From Microthyrium microscopicum (Eukaryota), in the NCBI GenBank assembly GCA_010405405.1, contig MU004233.1, forward strand, positions 1,377,122-1,441,121: a DNA stretch of 64,000 nucleotides, given 5' to 3'. The notes below the pieces were generated by a model. That model ran no database searches and had not been told where the DNA came from. It saw nothing but the letters and a program-made list of their open reading frames with translations. The position numbers and the translations under genes are program-made. Each line of letters begins with the position of its first letter. Positions within the stretch are counted from its first letter, which is position 1. Positions 25,601 through 36,241 of this stretch are shown here, piece by piece.

Positions 25601-27347
25601 CTCACAAGCAGCCTTGAAGCTCGTTGCAGCAGTCCTACGAGAACGAAAGAATGTCACAGTCAGCGAACAAACCATCGTCAGCCTTTTGAAGAAAGTCAAA
25701 CCAGAGCTACAGGTTCTCAGCCAACAAGGTGTGGCTTTCAATCTGCTCAGAGCTGCGATATCAAGAAAAATCATCGTGCCTGAGATCTATGCACTTATCG
25801 ATGGACTAGATGGCGTCGCTTCTATCTCTGTGCGAGACCACGATCGAACAACACGCGATTTGGCTCGAGGAGTGTATCTGCAATTTGTCATGGAGTATCC
25901 CCAAACCAAGAAACGTTTCGACGGACAGATGAAGTTTTTGGTGCGAAATCTGGAATATGAATATGCCGAAGGCCGGCAGTCTGTGATGGAATCTATCAAC
26001 ATGCTCATTTCTCGCATTGGACCTGATTTAGTTCAGGAAATAGTCAAGCAAACCTTCTGGCCTGTCGTCTCTGTAATGACTAATGACGACTCCAGCGACT
26101 GTCGATCCATGGCACACGCCCTGTTGAAGTCAATTATTGGTCGTGCTAACGAGGATTGGCTTCGCGGCTTCTTGACGACTATCCGCCAGCTACTTGGTCC
26201 AGGGAGCAAATCAGTGGCTAAGCAAACTGCTCTACAATGCTGGTCCAAGTATTTGGCAGTCAAAACTATTGAGGCTGAAGAAGTGAATTTTGTCAGTTCC
26301 ACATTGGAAGCGATCTTAAGCGATGAAGTTGGCGAAGCTGAAGAGTCGTGGCAGTTGAGATATTATGCTCTCAACACGTTCCTGGAAATCTGCAAAATTC
26401 TTCCAGAAGTTGGACTGAGCAAACAATCCTCGCAAATATGGCAACTGGTTTACCAGCAAGTCTCATTCCCTCATGCATGGGTCAAGTTCGAAGCCGCAAA
26501 GCTTGCTGGGCAACTCATGTCACAAGCTTCAAGTCCAGAAGACTCTACTGGGCTCGTGTCCCAGCATGGTCTCCAGATCTCTAATGAAGACGCCTGCACA
26601 CTGACTCAAAAACATCTCAATATTCTTCGAGTTGGCGTCACTCAAGATTTGGCATCTCAGGTCATTCGCAACCTTGCGTTCTTTGGCAAACATTTTGCTG
26701 AATCGGAAATTACCTGGCCTAAAGCGGCGAGCGAGCAAAAAGCACAAGGCGAAAGCGACGGTGCATCCTCCGCCGATGAATCAGACGTTGAAACGGAGGA
26801 CTTGCCAAACCAACAATCCGCCCTTCAATATCTCTTCCGACGACTCGCCGGCATACTCCGCCGCGAGTCTCGACGCAAAAAGGATACAGATGACGAAGCA
26901 CTATCTCGACGCGCTGTATCACTAATACCACGCTCCTCGGCCTTCCAACTCATCGCCGCACTATGCACATCGCTACCTACCGATCAAATGCAGCCGTCAC
27001 TGCACTCAATTCTGCTACCTCTGATTCAACTGACAGACGCGTCTAACAGTATCCCCACGTCAAGCGATCCAGCTTTCGAGGAAGCATACACAGCGCTAGC
27101 ATCGAATGCCACGGAGCTCATGGACATGTTGCAGACCAAGCTAGGTACCACCGAGTTTGTGACCGTCCTGCAGCAAGTGAAGGGCGAGATTGAGAAGCGG
27201 AGAGATGAGCGTCGTACTAAGAGACGTATTGAGCGAGTTACGAGACCTGAGATTGTAGAGAAGCGGAAGGTTAAAGTTCGTGAGAGGGATAAGGCTAGAC
27301 GGCAGGAGAAGAGTGCTGTTGCGAAGGGCAAGAGAAGGGGTTGGTAG
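19629..27347 (+). CDS. UTP20: U3 snoRNP / SSU processome HEAT-repeat protein Utp20 (DRIM), 2572 aa, single exon
   Basis: N-terminus TYETFTKRIARLKIDPIRR...WIELNLSEHF...SLPQIIHH; HIQQHRRLRAL; basic C-terminus ending KRRGW. Confidence 0.95.
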   Translation: MDRGKKRKSLAIHSILPNKRSKLTKSSKNHTYETFTKRIARLKIDPIRRPHARALDDEDITATASYFRTALENWIELNLSEHFTRFVRDVDPLCDSLPQIIHHADKIFELLISYLEKGNAVSLEPLLDLIAQFAHDLGVRFEKYFSSTVKTVNQLASQTQESEAIEWSFNCLAWLFKYLSRLLIPDLRPLYDAMAPLLGKQKQKLFVSRFAAEALSFLIRRAAVSYHKNKEYLQTIIKHILIDIGKDQDPRLLEQYQLGVISLLSESIKGVNETLNSNGEIVFGEILEQCENIYVRRRQDEDEQVLSLVQGLIATLLHTTNAKTFHPIIKRITTPSHHFEKLSKHYSIKLRMSLVIQISSFREGKSIEDWRPIVNLMLGTIPLVQTGRQFNVCGPEILAALAICQQSCTIDVAIGTVKVLDDISKGPWEGDFLRFCEYHAELGIVKFKNFVLQSFQRFIREISHCDELIMMIPKFASRGLSINMDSLPLAFIEALKKDVLKVDTSNEIHRSSAILEMLKVLPPSEIWDAKALMRFWKRLTKDGQQEHESARKKLLLASGQVLGIVADVHRAWDSNTAAIFAMLCSKAAVLEDREIFWESLLKFVSRNVESMELAVEVQKQIIESIQRAVESPNHIIRSSALKVLATLYQHKSGSVPEILEAAISVEDTQPSLETVRFIEMRVRKIGQLYNAVASDPWISHVIPSYCFGLLRVHFASIWDAVYLAVKDIISSKEGEAAICEVVFRWLNQSVPIDDSMTETLGSHQLQSMDSLEQNTERIDRIFKDTATTTGKLEAQFLRTHAQSPTSTRLDRNQALQVLKCVPQLAEKKSRALVPVLLNWAAPNGTANDEDEDSDFPAERWNRKDQKAMLSLFASFTNPKSLYRAEEVQAAILSLLCHGDIEIQRSALQAIFSRKDKTINQYRDEIEKFLDEAKLREQLTTFLDIGESEEALRDSDRSEVMPIILRILYGRVINRSKGDQQVTRKAVFGLISKLGQDEANWFLNFAMGPFQGVHLVKDGLVETKALEADLMPERKRFGLLNMLKDMLDFLGSTTSSYAGRLVDPVFYCLIQATRQEKELANAMENDDEPNGRGLARSIRSLGLNCLNQLFLICPDFDWSPYVPLLYTEVINLRLEKLHIETTQGISALLRIFGTWAESADYCDFLIIENSELLQKLASCVGFTASKEVVRKFILGHIFLPLLARLKQFGNLDAMKAAITSIAPYLLTQLELALNADPSKELLQDCVTLIADIAQIIQTASPELLKTCCSLLRQPTRKVSTDCKITLLYVLNRSVGGGHINSDLFDDIFNVVCSSLARGVSTNGRVLLTEIAMKLAEVDDSLSEVAALTQDLNSYSVKKLDQPDFARREKAFQDINEKYMSFSSKQWSLLLASCLFYIKDADELAIRASASHSIRRFVQATATKSGEELDSNLQTLQQSILAGIETGIKDQPELVRSEYLAVLSEIIKSLPDWQPTRDLKHVIWNDEEASFFVNILHIQQHRRLRALRRLQEEVGNDTISSKNIAHILVPLLEHFVFEPEDGVLAAEASNTIGFLVQGMDFNQFRSLFRRYIGYIQSKSEKQETVLKLLDHTATSFSYAAKEKVEGTAKSALSRSIPKSENLMQIINEEFLPKFTYFLREKDESFVSRRVAAVVIAARITQALPAEEFRVRFPPLLTDTCNILRSMDQNSRDMTRKALSTICSMVGPVAVGFVVGELRRSLQRGFYLHVLGYSVHSLLESTLELYAPGDLDYCVNDIVGVVLDDVFGSSGQEKDATEYITDKTTKREVKSKKSFDTMQIIASVTTLPRLIDLVRPIKLLLLERLSNKMMRNVDELLRRLELGIVQNKSIKDKDILVFCYQLIQDAYGAKDDETEGDATTGAGPAPLPVKSQQKRVMLSSRQERMTKIIRFGLELIRSIFKKHKDLKTPASVAGFLPIIGDALLQDQEEIKLAAIRLFTSIVAVPLPQIAQDAPVYVEEAVKIVDSSSTANDELSQAALKLVAAVLRERKNVTVSEQTIVSLLKKVKPELQVLSQQGVAFNLLRAAISRKIIVPEIYALIDGLDGVASISVRDHDRTTRDLARGVYLQFVMEYPQTKKRFDGQMKFLVRNLEYEYAEGRQSVMESINMLISRIGPDLVQEIVKQTFWPVVSVMTNDDSSDCRSMAHALLKSIIGRANEDWLRGFLTTIRQLLGPGSKSVAKQTALQCWSKYLAVKTIEAEEVNFVSSTLEAILSDEVGEAEESWQLRYYALNTFLEICKILPEVGLSKQSSQIWQLVYQQVSFPHAWVKFEAAKLAGQLMSQASSPEDSTGLVSQHGLQISNEDACTLTQKHLNILRVGVTQDLASQVIRNLAFFGKHFAESEITWPKAASEQKAQGESDGASSADESDVETEDLPNQQSALQYLFRRLAGILRRESRRKKDTDDEALSRRAVSLIPRSSAFQLIAALCTSLPTDQMQPSLHSILLPLIQLTDASNSIPTSSDPAFEEAYTALASNATELMDMLQTKLGTTEFVTVLQQVKGEIEKRRDERRTKRRIERVTRPEIVEKRKVKVRERDKARRQEKSAVAKGKRRGW

Positions 27348-27896
27348 ATCATTCGCGTGGAAAAGCGCCACAGAACGCGTGAAGTTGATGCTAAAAATAG
27401 CCCAATTTTGTAGCTACACAAGTACTTGAAGCAAGGAAGTTTGGTAAAATCTAATCACGATTTATTCTTGTATAACAGTCTTGTCATGGCCAACTTAATG
27501 CAATGTTTACGATTATGAGGTTCTGGCCAAGTGGAGTTAATCGTGAGAGCTTCGCTGCAGCTGTAACACTACATACTTTCACATGGTGGAGTTGCACAAG
27601 ATCAAACTTTTGTATCTCTCGTCTTCATCTTCAGTCCCATCTACCAATTCCAACTGTTATAGTGGGAACATCAAATGGCAACAAAGAGAAGCATTAGAAC
27701 CAAATAATATTCAAGATATCCAATGGTTAAGCCCATCGCCAATCAAGATGCCGAACCACCCCCACGATCACGTCTTCGAGACCTCGGCTAGATCTACCAG
27801 GGGCAAAGATGCTGAAATGTCCAACCTCACCATTCAATGCTCAACGTCAAATACCCAAGGACATTCATTAGATCGATACACAAGAGCTTGGAAAAT

Positions 27897-29023
27897 ATGA
27901 CGAAAAGAGTCCCACTGCCGGATCCGAAGGTTCCTAGAACATGGAAGCAACAAATGGCCATAGAGGAGATTGATATTACCACGTATCGATCTACGACAGG
28001 CGCGCCTCATGGCCCCTTTTTTACGAGGAACGGTGAATTGCGGCCACGGGCTTTTGGTGGACATGTTTATGCTCAGGCGGTGTATGCTGCTTCAAAGACA
28101 GTTGATCCTTCCTTTTTGATACATGTGCGTCATGAGGTACAAACTGATTTTGTCATGCTGATTATTTGATTAGAGCGTGACTGGATATTTTCTGGAGTTG
28201 GCACTGGCAGATGAGCCGTTCATCTACAAAATACAAATCGTTCGAGATGGCAAAAACTACTCTGTACGGAAAGTAGATGCCAGTCAAGAAGATGGCAAAG
28301 TTGTGTTTAGCAATATCTGCTCGTTCAAGAGAACGGAAGTGTTTCCAGATATTCAGATACCTCAGAACATGGCCGAGAAGTACTTTGAAATTCTCGCAGG
28401 GAGAAAACCAGACGAGCTTCCAATCAAGACCAACTTCAAAGATCTCAGGTATGTGCAAACGACGTTGTTGACAACACTCAAACCTAACACAACGCAGAGC
28501 AGCATATGGAACCGGTGAAACCTGTTTAACAACAATCTTCCCCGGTCTATTCACCAGCATTCTCCCCTTCGACAAAATCCACCAACGCACAATCCCCATC
28601 AAACGAGAAAACGTCTACATCTACGCCACCCAAACCGACCCCTCAGACACTGACTCAGACCCAAATCTAGACGCCGCCGCCCATCTGTACCACTCTGATC
28701 GCGAAAGCGTCTGGAGCATGGTGCGTCAATATGGACTGTTGGATGTGCTTGATTCAGCAGCTAGTCTCAGCCACACAGTCACATTCCACACCGGTGCGGA
28801 CAAAGTGCGCTTCAGCGATTCGCAGGGTCGCAGGTGGTTTTACTTGGAGACTGGTGCGGAGAGACTGTCAAACGGGAGGGGATTGCACCAGGGGAAGATC
28901 TATGATGCGGACGGGAATCATGTTGCGACGACGTTGCAGGATGGTGCGATTAGGTTGAAGTTTAAGAGTGATGAGGAGAGAGATAAAAGGATTGAACAGG
29001 TTAAGTCTGAGTCTAAAATTTAG
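27897..29023 (+). CDS. Acyl-CoA thioesterase II (Tes1/ACOT8 family) with PTS1-like SKI; introns 28125-28173, 28449-28497; possible upstream start at 27837
   Basis: RAFGGHVYAQAVYAASKTV, VRDGKNYSVR, SLSHTVTFH, GRGLHQGKIYD...VATTLQDG. Confidence 0.9.
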
Positions 29024-29487
29024 GATAGATATAGATCTGCTAAATACATAGACCTTTTCACGACATACAGCCTCGTCCTACGAATTGAACATCATAGAAC
29101 CTATCATTTTGCTTAGAATATGGCATTCTTTACATCCATGATTTGGCATTTATGATGATTGCTCCTATGACAGCTCAGCACATACCAACGATTTCAAAGT
29201 CTTGAGAGTTCTGAAGTATCATTTTTTGAGAAATCTTCACTGGCCACCTCATGGTAGCTGCCGTTGGCAAACGGATGCCTGCAGGTGCGCATGCATCGTG
29301 CCTTCTCTCAATCGATATCTCACCTTGTAGCCTCCCGTCATGCCCCACTCCCCATCTCAATAATTTGATTTTCTTTGGAATCCATACTTGCTCCCCAATT
29401 GCCTATAAAGAGAAGACTCTCAGCTTCTGGTTGGTCATCCTCTGGTAGGTAGCATTTACTCATGACAGCAAGAGCCAACGACACACC

Positions 29488-31539
29488 ATGCCTGTCATCA
29501 ATTGGGATGCCAAACCCTGGTTTCCCTTAACGACAGAAGAAAACGTACCGACAAAGCGCTCCCGTTATGAGCATGCTCCTAATCATGCTGAAGATACAGA
29601 ACATTCAGGATATCCAAATAAACTGGCCCGAACAGAAGACATAGCACAGTCGATAGAGGAAATTGATCGTGACGTGAAGCCGCCGATTGGTCTCCATCAT
29701 TCCCCCTATGCCTCTTCCTCCGCTTCTGGCCCTCCTTCTACTCCTGCATCTTCATCTCCTCATACCTCTCTACCTCGACTCTTGTCAGGAAACTCCCATT
29801 CAGACAGAAGAGAAAGAGATGAATCCACAGGATCACGTCAGACTACACGAACTACAGAAACCGACACTCCAGCCACTACCTACAACGAAAGCCATCGACC
29901 TAGTCTTGCTTTTCTGAGACGGCATGATTTTCACGGCAATAGCAATGGCAACGGCAATTCTTGGTATCTTTCCCCCTCAGATTTTCCAAAGGTGCCACCA
30001 CGACATATCTCAAATTCACCTGAAAGTGATGATTTCCAAAGCAAACCTGCTCCTATCAGATCTTTCACTGTTTCTGTAGCTCCTGGTAGAAGCATTACCA
30101 AAACCGAATTTGCCACCGGCGGCCTAGTCGTGAGAAACTACTCCCAAGGGCTAGCTAGAGACTCTGAGTCGTCAGCACTTGACTCGGGAACAGAATGGAA
30201 TGACACTGGCTCTTCTGACTGCGCAGACAGTGACTCCGGTGTGTCTGAAGACAGAATTTTGAATGCTTCAAGAATCTAACATAACATAAACAGGAGCGAA
30301 ATCCGATAATGAAAGCAACAAGTCAACAACTCATTCCAATTCCGACGAGCTGTTTCTCTACAATCCCGAGGCAGCTCGATACTGGTGCCCCGAGGTCAAC
30401 ACTCAGGATATACAGCTATGTCTTCTTCATAGGCCTGAGACGCAAATGATCACCCAAAGAGCGAATCTCGTGCCGAAGGGGTGCGAATTGAACTTAAACG
30501 GACATGGTGTCATCGGTATGCTGGTAAGCCATTTTAACACAATCCTCATCATTAGCGACATTAAACTAGCTAGTCTTTACTAATACAACGCCGCTTTAGG
30601 TTGGCGTATGGATCCCAAAGGAGCATAAAACTGTGAATCACTTTTCCAACCTAAACGAAGGTCGAGATCCAGATACCGAAAACAGGAGCATCAACGCGCT
30701 AATCGAAGACAAATCCTTCGTATTCAAGGAGCAAGCTCACACGCATATGACATTTCGTGTTTATATGCTTCTTCACGGGTCCAAAGATAGGATCAAGCTG
30801 TATGCTGCTTGTAATCCAAATTTTGAAGGGATCTGTGAGCTCTACAAGGTCAATGTACCAGAGGTCTTCTTTACTCGTCAGTTCGCGGACATGGCAACTA
30901 CCGCTACTACAACTCGTTGGGTAAGTTTTCATCAATCCATATATGAAGGGGAGTTATGGCATTCGAGCAATGTCTATGCCACCTCCGTCTAGTGTTGGCC
31001 TTCAAAATATTATCGTTTGGTGGGCAGTAATCTGAAACTAACGGGTCCTTAGGGCGGATGGGCGAAAGATATAAAAGTGACAGCTACACAAGTTTTGCGA
31101 GAGTACAGAAATCAAGGGAATCGCATAACGGCCACCCTACGTCAACAGCAAACAAGTGCGATCCTTCGTGATTTCGGACAATTACTCTGGAAAAGCCACG
31201 AATTTGATCTTCCGGCAGCCGGGCAATTTGTTTTTCGATTCCTTCAAAAATACCCCGATATCAACGATACGTACGATACTGTCAACAGATTTGCGGTGTA
31301 TAAGCTAGGAAAGGTAATGTGTTATTATAAAATGACATCCATGATGAATTTGCCCTAATAAATCGCAGGCTATACGACGCTTCAATCATACAATTCAGAT
31401 GGATCAATTGAAGAATTTTGTTGTGGTCTGGGGTCGGTTGATCTATCTTCGAAAAAGTCCATGGAATCTGCACGAATTGCTTATACGGACAGAAGAAGTT
31501 ATTTCAGAGATAGAAGAGGCTCCAAAAGATGCGAAATAG
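29488..31539 (+). CDS. Hypothetical multi-exon protein (Ser/Pro-rich N-terminus, globular C-terminus)
   Basis: ORFs at 29488, 30633 and 31077 are separated by intron-like segments (donors at about 30523, 30921 and 31313; ctaac/ctaat branch plus YAG). The last exon, 31369-31539, is open. No family was recognised. Confidence 0.55.
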
Positions 31540-32099
31540 CTTAGAGATATGATACCCCAGATAGTTTTGCTTTGTATTTCATATGTACTTCAAGATTGTC
31601 CAGACTGGTAACTGTATTTTGAACAGATTAATGTCAACACATCACTAATCCATCTCCAATCTTGAGGATAACAACTTCTTCTCGAATGTGTTGAGAAGAG
31701 AAACGAATAACGGTTTGAGGGCCCAACACCATTCCTTCAGAGAAATCAATAGTATACCCAATTATAAGTTTGACATTTGTCTTGACCTTTTGCTATTTCA
31801 TGGAGTAAACTAACTCCCAGCCGCCATATTTATACCTGTTTTAAAACATGAACAGATCTCCTATTTTCAGTTCCAAAATGAAGCTATAGAATACTGCCTT
31901 TCTGAATCATCCTTTGATAAAGTTATTGCAGAAGATTTTGATCAGACACCAAAGGTAGTGCTACTCTTCTCATGGCCAATTTCATCTGTCAAACTTCGAA
32001 GGATTCACCGCCCCACACTTCTCTCTACAGACTACAGCTTGTGCATACTTCTTTCCTCCTCTTTTCCTTGGTCTATTCTGATGTCTCGAGAATTAAAAG

Positions 32100-33667
32100 A
32101 TGGAATCACTACCGCAAGTAATCGTTGACCACATTGCCTCGTACGTGGAAGCTCGAGATCTCACAGGCATCTACGCCCACGATTTTCGGTCTCGTCCATC
32201 TTGTCTCCCGAATTTAGCAACTTTATCACGAAAATGGCAGTACGCAATCGAGCGAAGAACTTTTCGTTCTATGCACCCGTTGACTAGCGATGAATTGGAG
32301 GAATTTGAGCGGATTCTGGGCAAATACGATCGCCAAAGTTATCTACGTCGCTTGTATTACACCATCTATCTGGACTCTGCGATGAGCTATAGAGTACCCA
32401 ACAATGATATGAACGGTGGTGTCTATGTCAAGAAGAACGAATCAGCCGAGGAGCAGGGTAGGAATAACCAATCTTTCTCGGATGCCATTCACAAACTTTT
32501 TGCCATTTTCAAATCCTGGGAAGATCAATCTCAAGGCGTCGTCAACCTTTCCTTGAGTCTTGGAAATGTTTTAGCTCGCGATCAGATCCGCACTCCGAAT
32601 GGGCCACGGCCAGGCTACGATGAACTCACCGGTATCAAATTTCAGCCGCGTTTCGAAAAGTCTCTCCTGAGGATCGTGGACCTGGATAAAATTCCTCTTG
32701 TTCGTGGCATTGTCCAGTTCATTGCTCAACAACGTGTTCCGAGGCCCATTCACTTCCTTGTCATTACAGACATCCTTTCTAAACTACCAGATGCCCATAC
32801 AGTCAATACTGAGTTACGCGATGAGGACGTGACACACTCGAATTCCCGACGGCGGCAGCGTCATGCACTTGGTTTTGCGTTGCAAAACGGATCTTTTCCA
32901 GCTCTACGAACGCTGAAACTACACTTGAAAAACGACGTGGATACAAAGCAAGCGAGTCGGCCTACCAATCTACTGACAGACTCCGTTCCTGTCATAGATC
33001 CCATCAGCGAGGGACTTCGTCACTTCTCTCACCAACTGACTAAGCTCGATTTTGAAGGTGCCATTGAGGCGACTTTCTTCTGGACAGACTCCATGTTTTA
33101 CAGCCCAGATAGCCACTGGCCAAATCTTCAAGAATTAATTGTCCGTTTCCTCCGCGAAACTCCATCTGGCGGCTGGTACTTCAAGGACCGCAACCGCAGC
33201 CACGACGATGAAGAAGTAGCACAAGCACTAAGAGCGTTGATCAACAGGTGACCAATACACAGGCGGCCTTGGTACCTGAGACAGAGATGGCTGAAGAGCT
33301 CAAGGATATGGAAGAGTACATTGCTCAGAAGAAGAGCCAACATGGCAACAAAAGCGAGCGGAAGCGGCTGGATAAGTTCCGACGGGGAGCATTCAAAGAG
33401 AAGGTGGAAAATGCCCGCATACAGCGAGAACAAGCCGTAGAATGGAAAGCACTGGCTGCAAAAGAAATCAAGGAGACACAGGAGTTTATTGATGGATACG
33501 GTCTTGAGGAGTACTTTTTGACAAATGCGCTAGGTAAATTAGGATCTGGTGCCTCCGCGTCGCCATAATATACAACAGTAGCATTCAATATGTCTAGAGT
33601 CGTCGAAACCTCTTTCAATACCTTGAATCTCTCATCGCATCTTTTGAAAAAGCTGGCTGTTACTGAA
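32100..33667 (+). pseudogene. F-box-like / DUF6546-like leucine-rich protein, 3' part apparently disrupted
   Basis: MESLPQVIVDHIASYV...LATLSRKWQYAIERRTF, then WPNLQELIVRF...TPSGGWYF. The frame changes near 33250 and again after 33568, where a LESLIASFEKA-like remnant sits in another frame. Confidence 0.55.
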
Positions 33668-33894
33668 CGAACCGATGATTTTCCATCTTAGAGGACCATA
33701 AGTCCAGGATGATACAAGAATCCTTCCATTGAACCAAAGCCCGCGGGCATACTCTGCTGTGATAGAAACAGATTAGCCAACTTAACGACCTGGCCAGTTC
33801 TTAGGATATCTGAATTGTACTAGATGCCTGCAAAGAAGGCAGAAGCAAAGCTAACAAGCTAACCCGTAAGATACTCTATGAACAGATCTTGTTT

Positions 33895-34120
33895 ATCCAT
33901 TATCTATTATAATTTGTCTCTCTTCGTTCATAGCATAATAGTAGGTAATAAATTAACTAGTAATTACGATTTAACGATTATACTAGAAACTACTATAATC
34001 AGAAGTTAGCCTTATAACGTATACTAGATATAGAGCTATTATATATTAAGCTCTATACCGTACAATCTATTAACTTGCTATAAGCATTTATAGCTAGGTA
34101 ATGCTAAGGCGTTAGAGCAA
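33895..34120. repeat. AT-rich, TpA-rich patch consistent with a RIP-mutated repeat relic
   Basis: Abrupt AT richness with many TA/TAG/CTA motifs and few CA/TG, compared with the flanks. Confidence 0.5.
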
Positions 34121-34461
34121 AGCACCATTTCAAAGCACTTAGCTGCTTCTCCACGTCTCAAATAGGCCATGGAGAACAACATACTAGATGAGCTTCTGAT
34201 CCTGGGTCAGAGTACTATCAAAGTGCCTAACTTCCCCTGAATGAGTGCAGCTGTACTAGCCTTGTGGCACTATTGTGCTCGGAAAATCATTTTTCCCGGA
34301 GAAGGATTTCAGGGAGTGGTATACCTGACCTGATTTAGTATCTACGATCTACATCCCATATGTCATAAGAGGTGAAGAACGGCTTGCTATGCCGCTTGTC
34401 ACGACCCAACGTGTGTTCTCGCAAGATCAATCCCTTGGATAGACCTTGATGGTGGTAAACC

Positions 34462-34671
34462 TTAACGACAGTAAGGTCGGATATGGTACAATCTTAAGTA
34501 TTGAAGATTGGGGTATGTTCGATGGATCCAGGCAAGAATCATCTCAGGCGTAAAGTCGTCTCGAAACATTTGTCGAATCTCGTCTAGGATATACCATGGA
34601 AGTCGAAGTCCATACCAAAAGACGCTCGGTGGTTCTTCATCGCGCCAAAAAATATCCATGCGCCTACGCAT
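34462..34671 (-). CDS. Putative micro-protein A (69 aa), helical-bundle-like
   Basis: ATG ORF with TATATAA at 34827-34833 (minus strand); aligns without gaps to the ORF at 35884-36048. Confidence 0.4.
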   Translation of the reverse strand: MRRRMDIFWRDEEPPSVFWYGLRLPWYILDEIRQMFRDDFTPEMILAWIHRTYPNLQYLRLYHIRPYCR

Positions 34672-35883
34672 GTTGTTTGGACTGATATGAAGTACAGAAA
34701 GGTTGTGTGTGTTCTTGTGTCTGCCGACCTAGGCAAGGTAGATAAGATGCTGTTATGCTAGAAGTTAGCTGGATGTATGATCGAAGTGAGCTTGGTGTGT
34801 GCAGTTTGTGTATCTGTGTCATTTCATTATATATCAATCGGGCTAGCATTCCATTTTATCATGGCTACGACGCTTTGCTTTTACTAATTTTGCAATTGAT
34901 GTGTGACCTAATACTCAATAAGTGACTAAATATGACAGCCATGTGAACTCCGCTTTTAAGTCTTTGTCCTCAGTAACTTGTTCAAATCACAGTTGAATGT
35001 CAATACAGATCTTTGTCTTATCTCCAAAAATTGATAAATGATACTTCAGGTGGCTTACCGTTGAGGCCCCAAATCTGGCTGCTTGTACTGTTGACCTCCA
35101 TTGTGTAACCTTCTTATCGGAAACTGCAATCATGACAGGAAGGATTATTCATATTGCTTGACGATAATCACTGGATGCCTTGATCACACAGAGCTGAAAC
35201 TATAGATAAATGACTACTGACGCTTCCTCCACTGGTACTTCTTTCCCAGCACTATCTCAAACTCCAATTCCCGAACTAGCTAAATATGATCATAACCCGA
35301 TTCATCCGTTTTCGAAACAGTCCCGTAGTCTGAATAGCACCAAAACTGTTCTTCCACTAGCTAGAGGCTCCAATGAAACCATCGCTCAAAGGAAAGAATA
35401 GAGACAGGTGACTATCAGCGCTTGGAAATATTTAAGCTAGATAAGGAGGATGTAGCACGATTTTCGGACTTGCAACCAAATTGGCAGGAGCAGTAGCAGG
35501 TGTAACAAAAGTTCCTCGACGAATTGACCATTCAGACGATGACCAACATTTGAATAAGGGAAAGCTACCAAATTGAAAAAGAGCATCATGCTGGTAAGAG
35601 TCAGTACAACACTTTATGGAATTACTCCTCCTCGTAAAACAGTTTATGGCAGTGAAATATGTCTTGATTCAATCTTTGTAGTCACTGTCTTTCAATGCTA
35701 AACATACATCTCAAATACCACTCACTAAGGTACCAATAAGTGTATATGCAATTCTATCATACATCGCTGGGACTAAACCTGCTCCGATTGTAAGACTGAT
35801 GTCATGCCTTGTACTGATCCAATTTGCTTATCAACTACTAAAGCCTCCAGCGTAACGGTTGGCTATCTGCATAGAAAGTATCA

Positions 35884-36048
35884 TCAAGGTGTTATTAACA
35901 TAAAGAATGAAATATCATCCTCTGTCAAAGCGTTCCAGCTGTAGAAAGGCCATGTCATGACGATTCGCTCCCGAATCTGAGATGGCAATAATCCCTCTTG
36001 TCTCATTGAAAGGATATGCGGTTTCACCCAGCTTGGTATCGAATCCAT
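35884..36048 (-). CDS. Putative micro-protein B (54 aa) MDSIPSWVKPHILSMRQEGLLPSQIRERIVMTWPFYSWNALTEDDISFFMLITP
   Basis: Translated by hand (below the ORF-track cutoff); TATAAAAA at 36221-36228 (minus strand); similar to micro-protein A. Confidence 0.4.
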   Translation of the reverse strand: MDSIPSWVKPHILSMRQEGLLPSQIRERIVMTWPFYSWNALTEDDISFFMLITP

Positions 36049-36241
36049 AATGTCTGTGTTGAGGGATGTAGACCCGAATGCGTGCAGGCTCTAAGGGCTA
36101 AGACGAAACGATTATAGATCTATGGCCAAACTCAGTCTTGTTCGTTGTCATAAATTGGAAAGGTAAGTAGTGTGGTGGGTGGAGTGGTTGATATTCGGCA
36201 TAATGGAAACCTACGGCCTGTTTTTATACGCATTCATAATG

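Noticed and set aside
19629..27347. A 7.7-kb intronless ORF as a sign of horizontal transfer or retroposition
   Set aside because: It is the core eukaryotic gene UTP20, and large intron-poor genes are common in ascomycetes.
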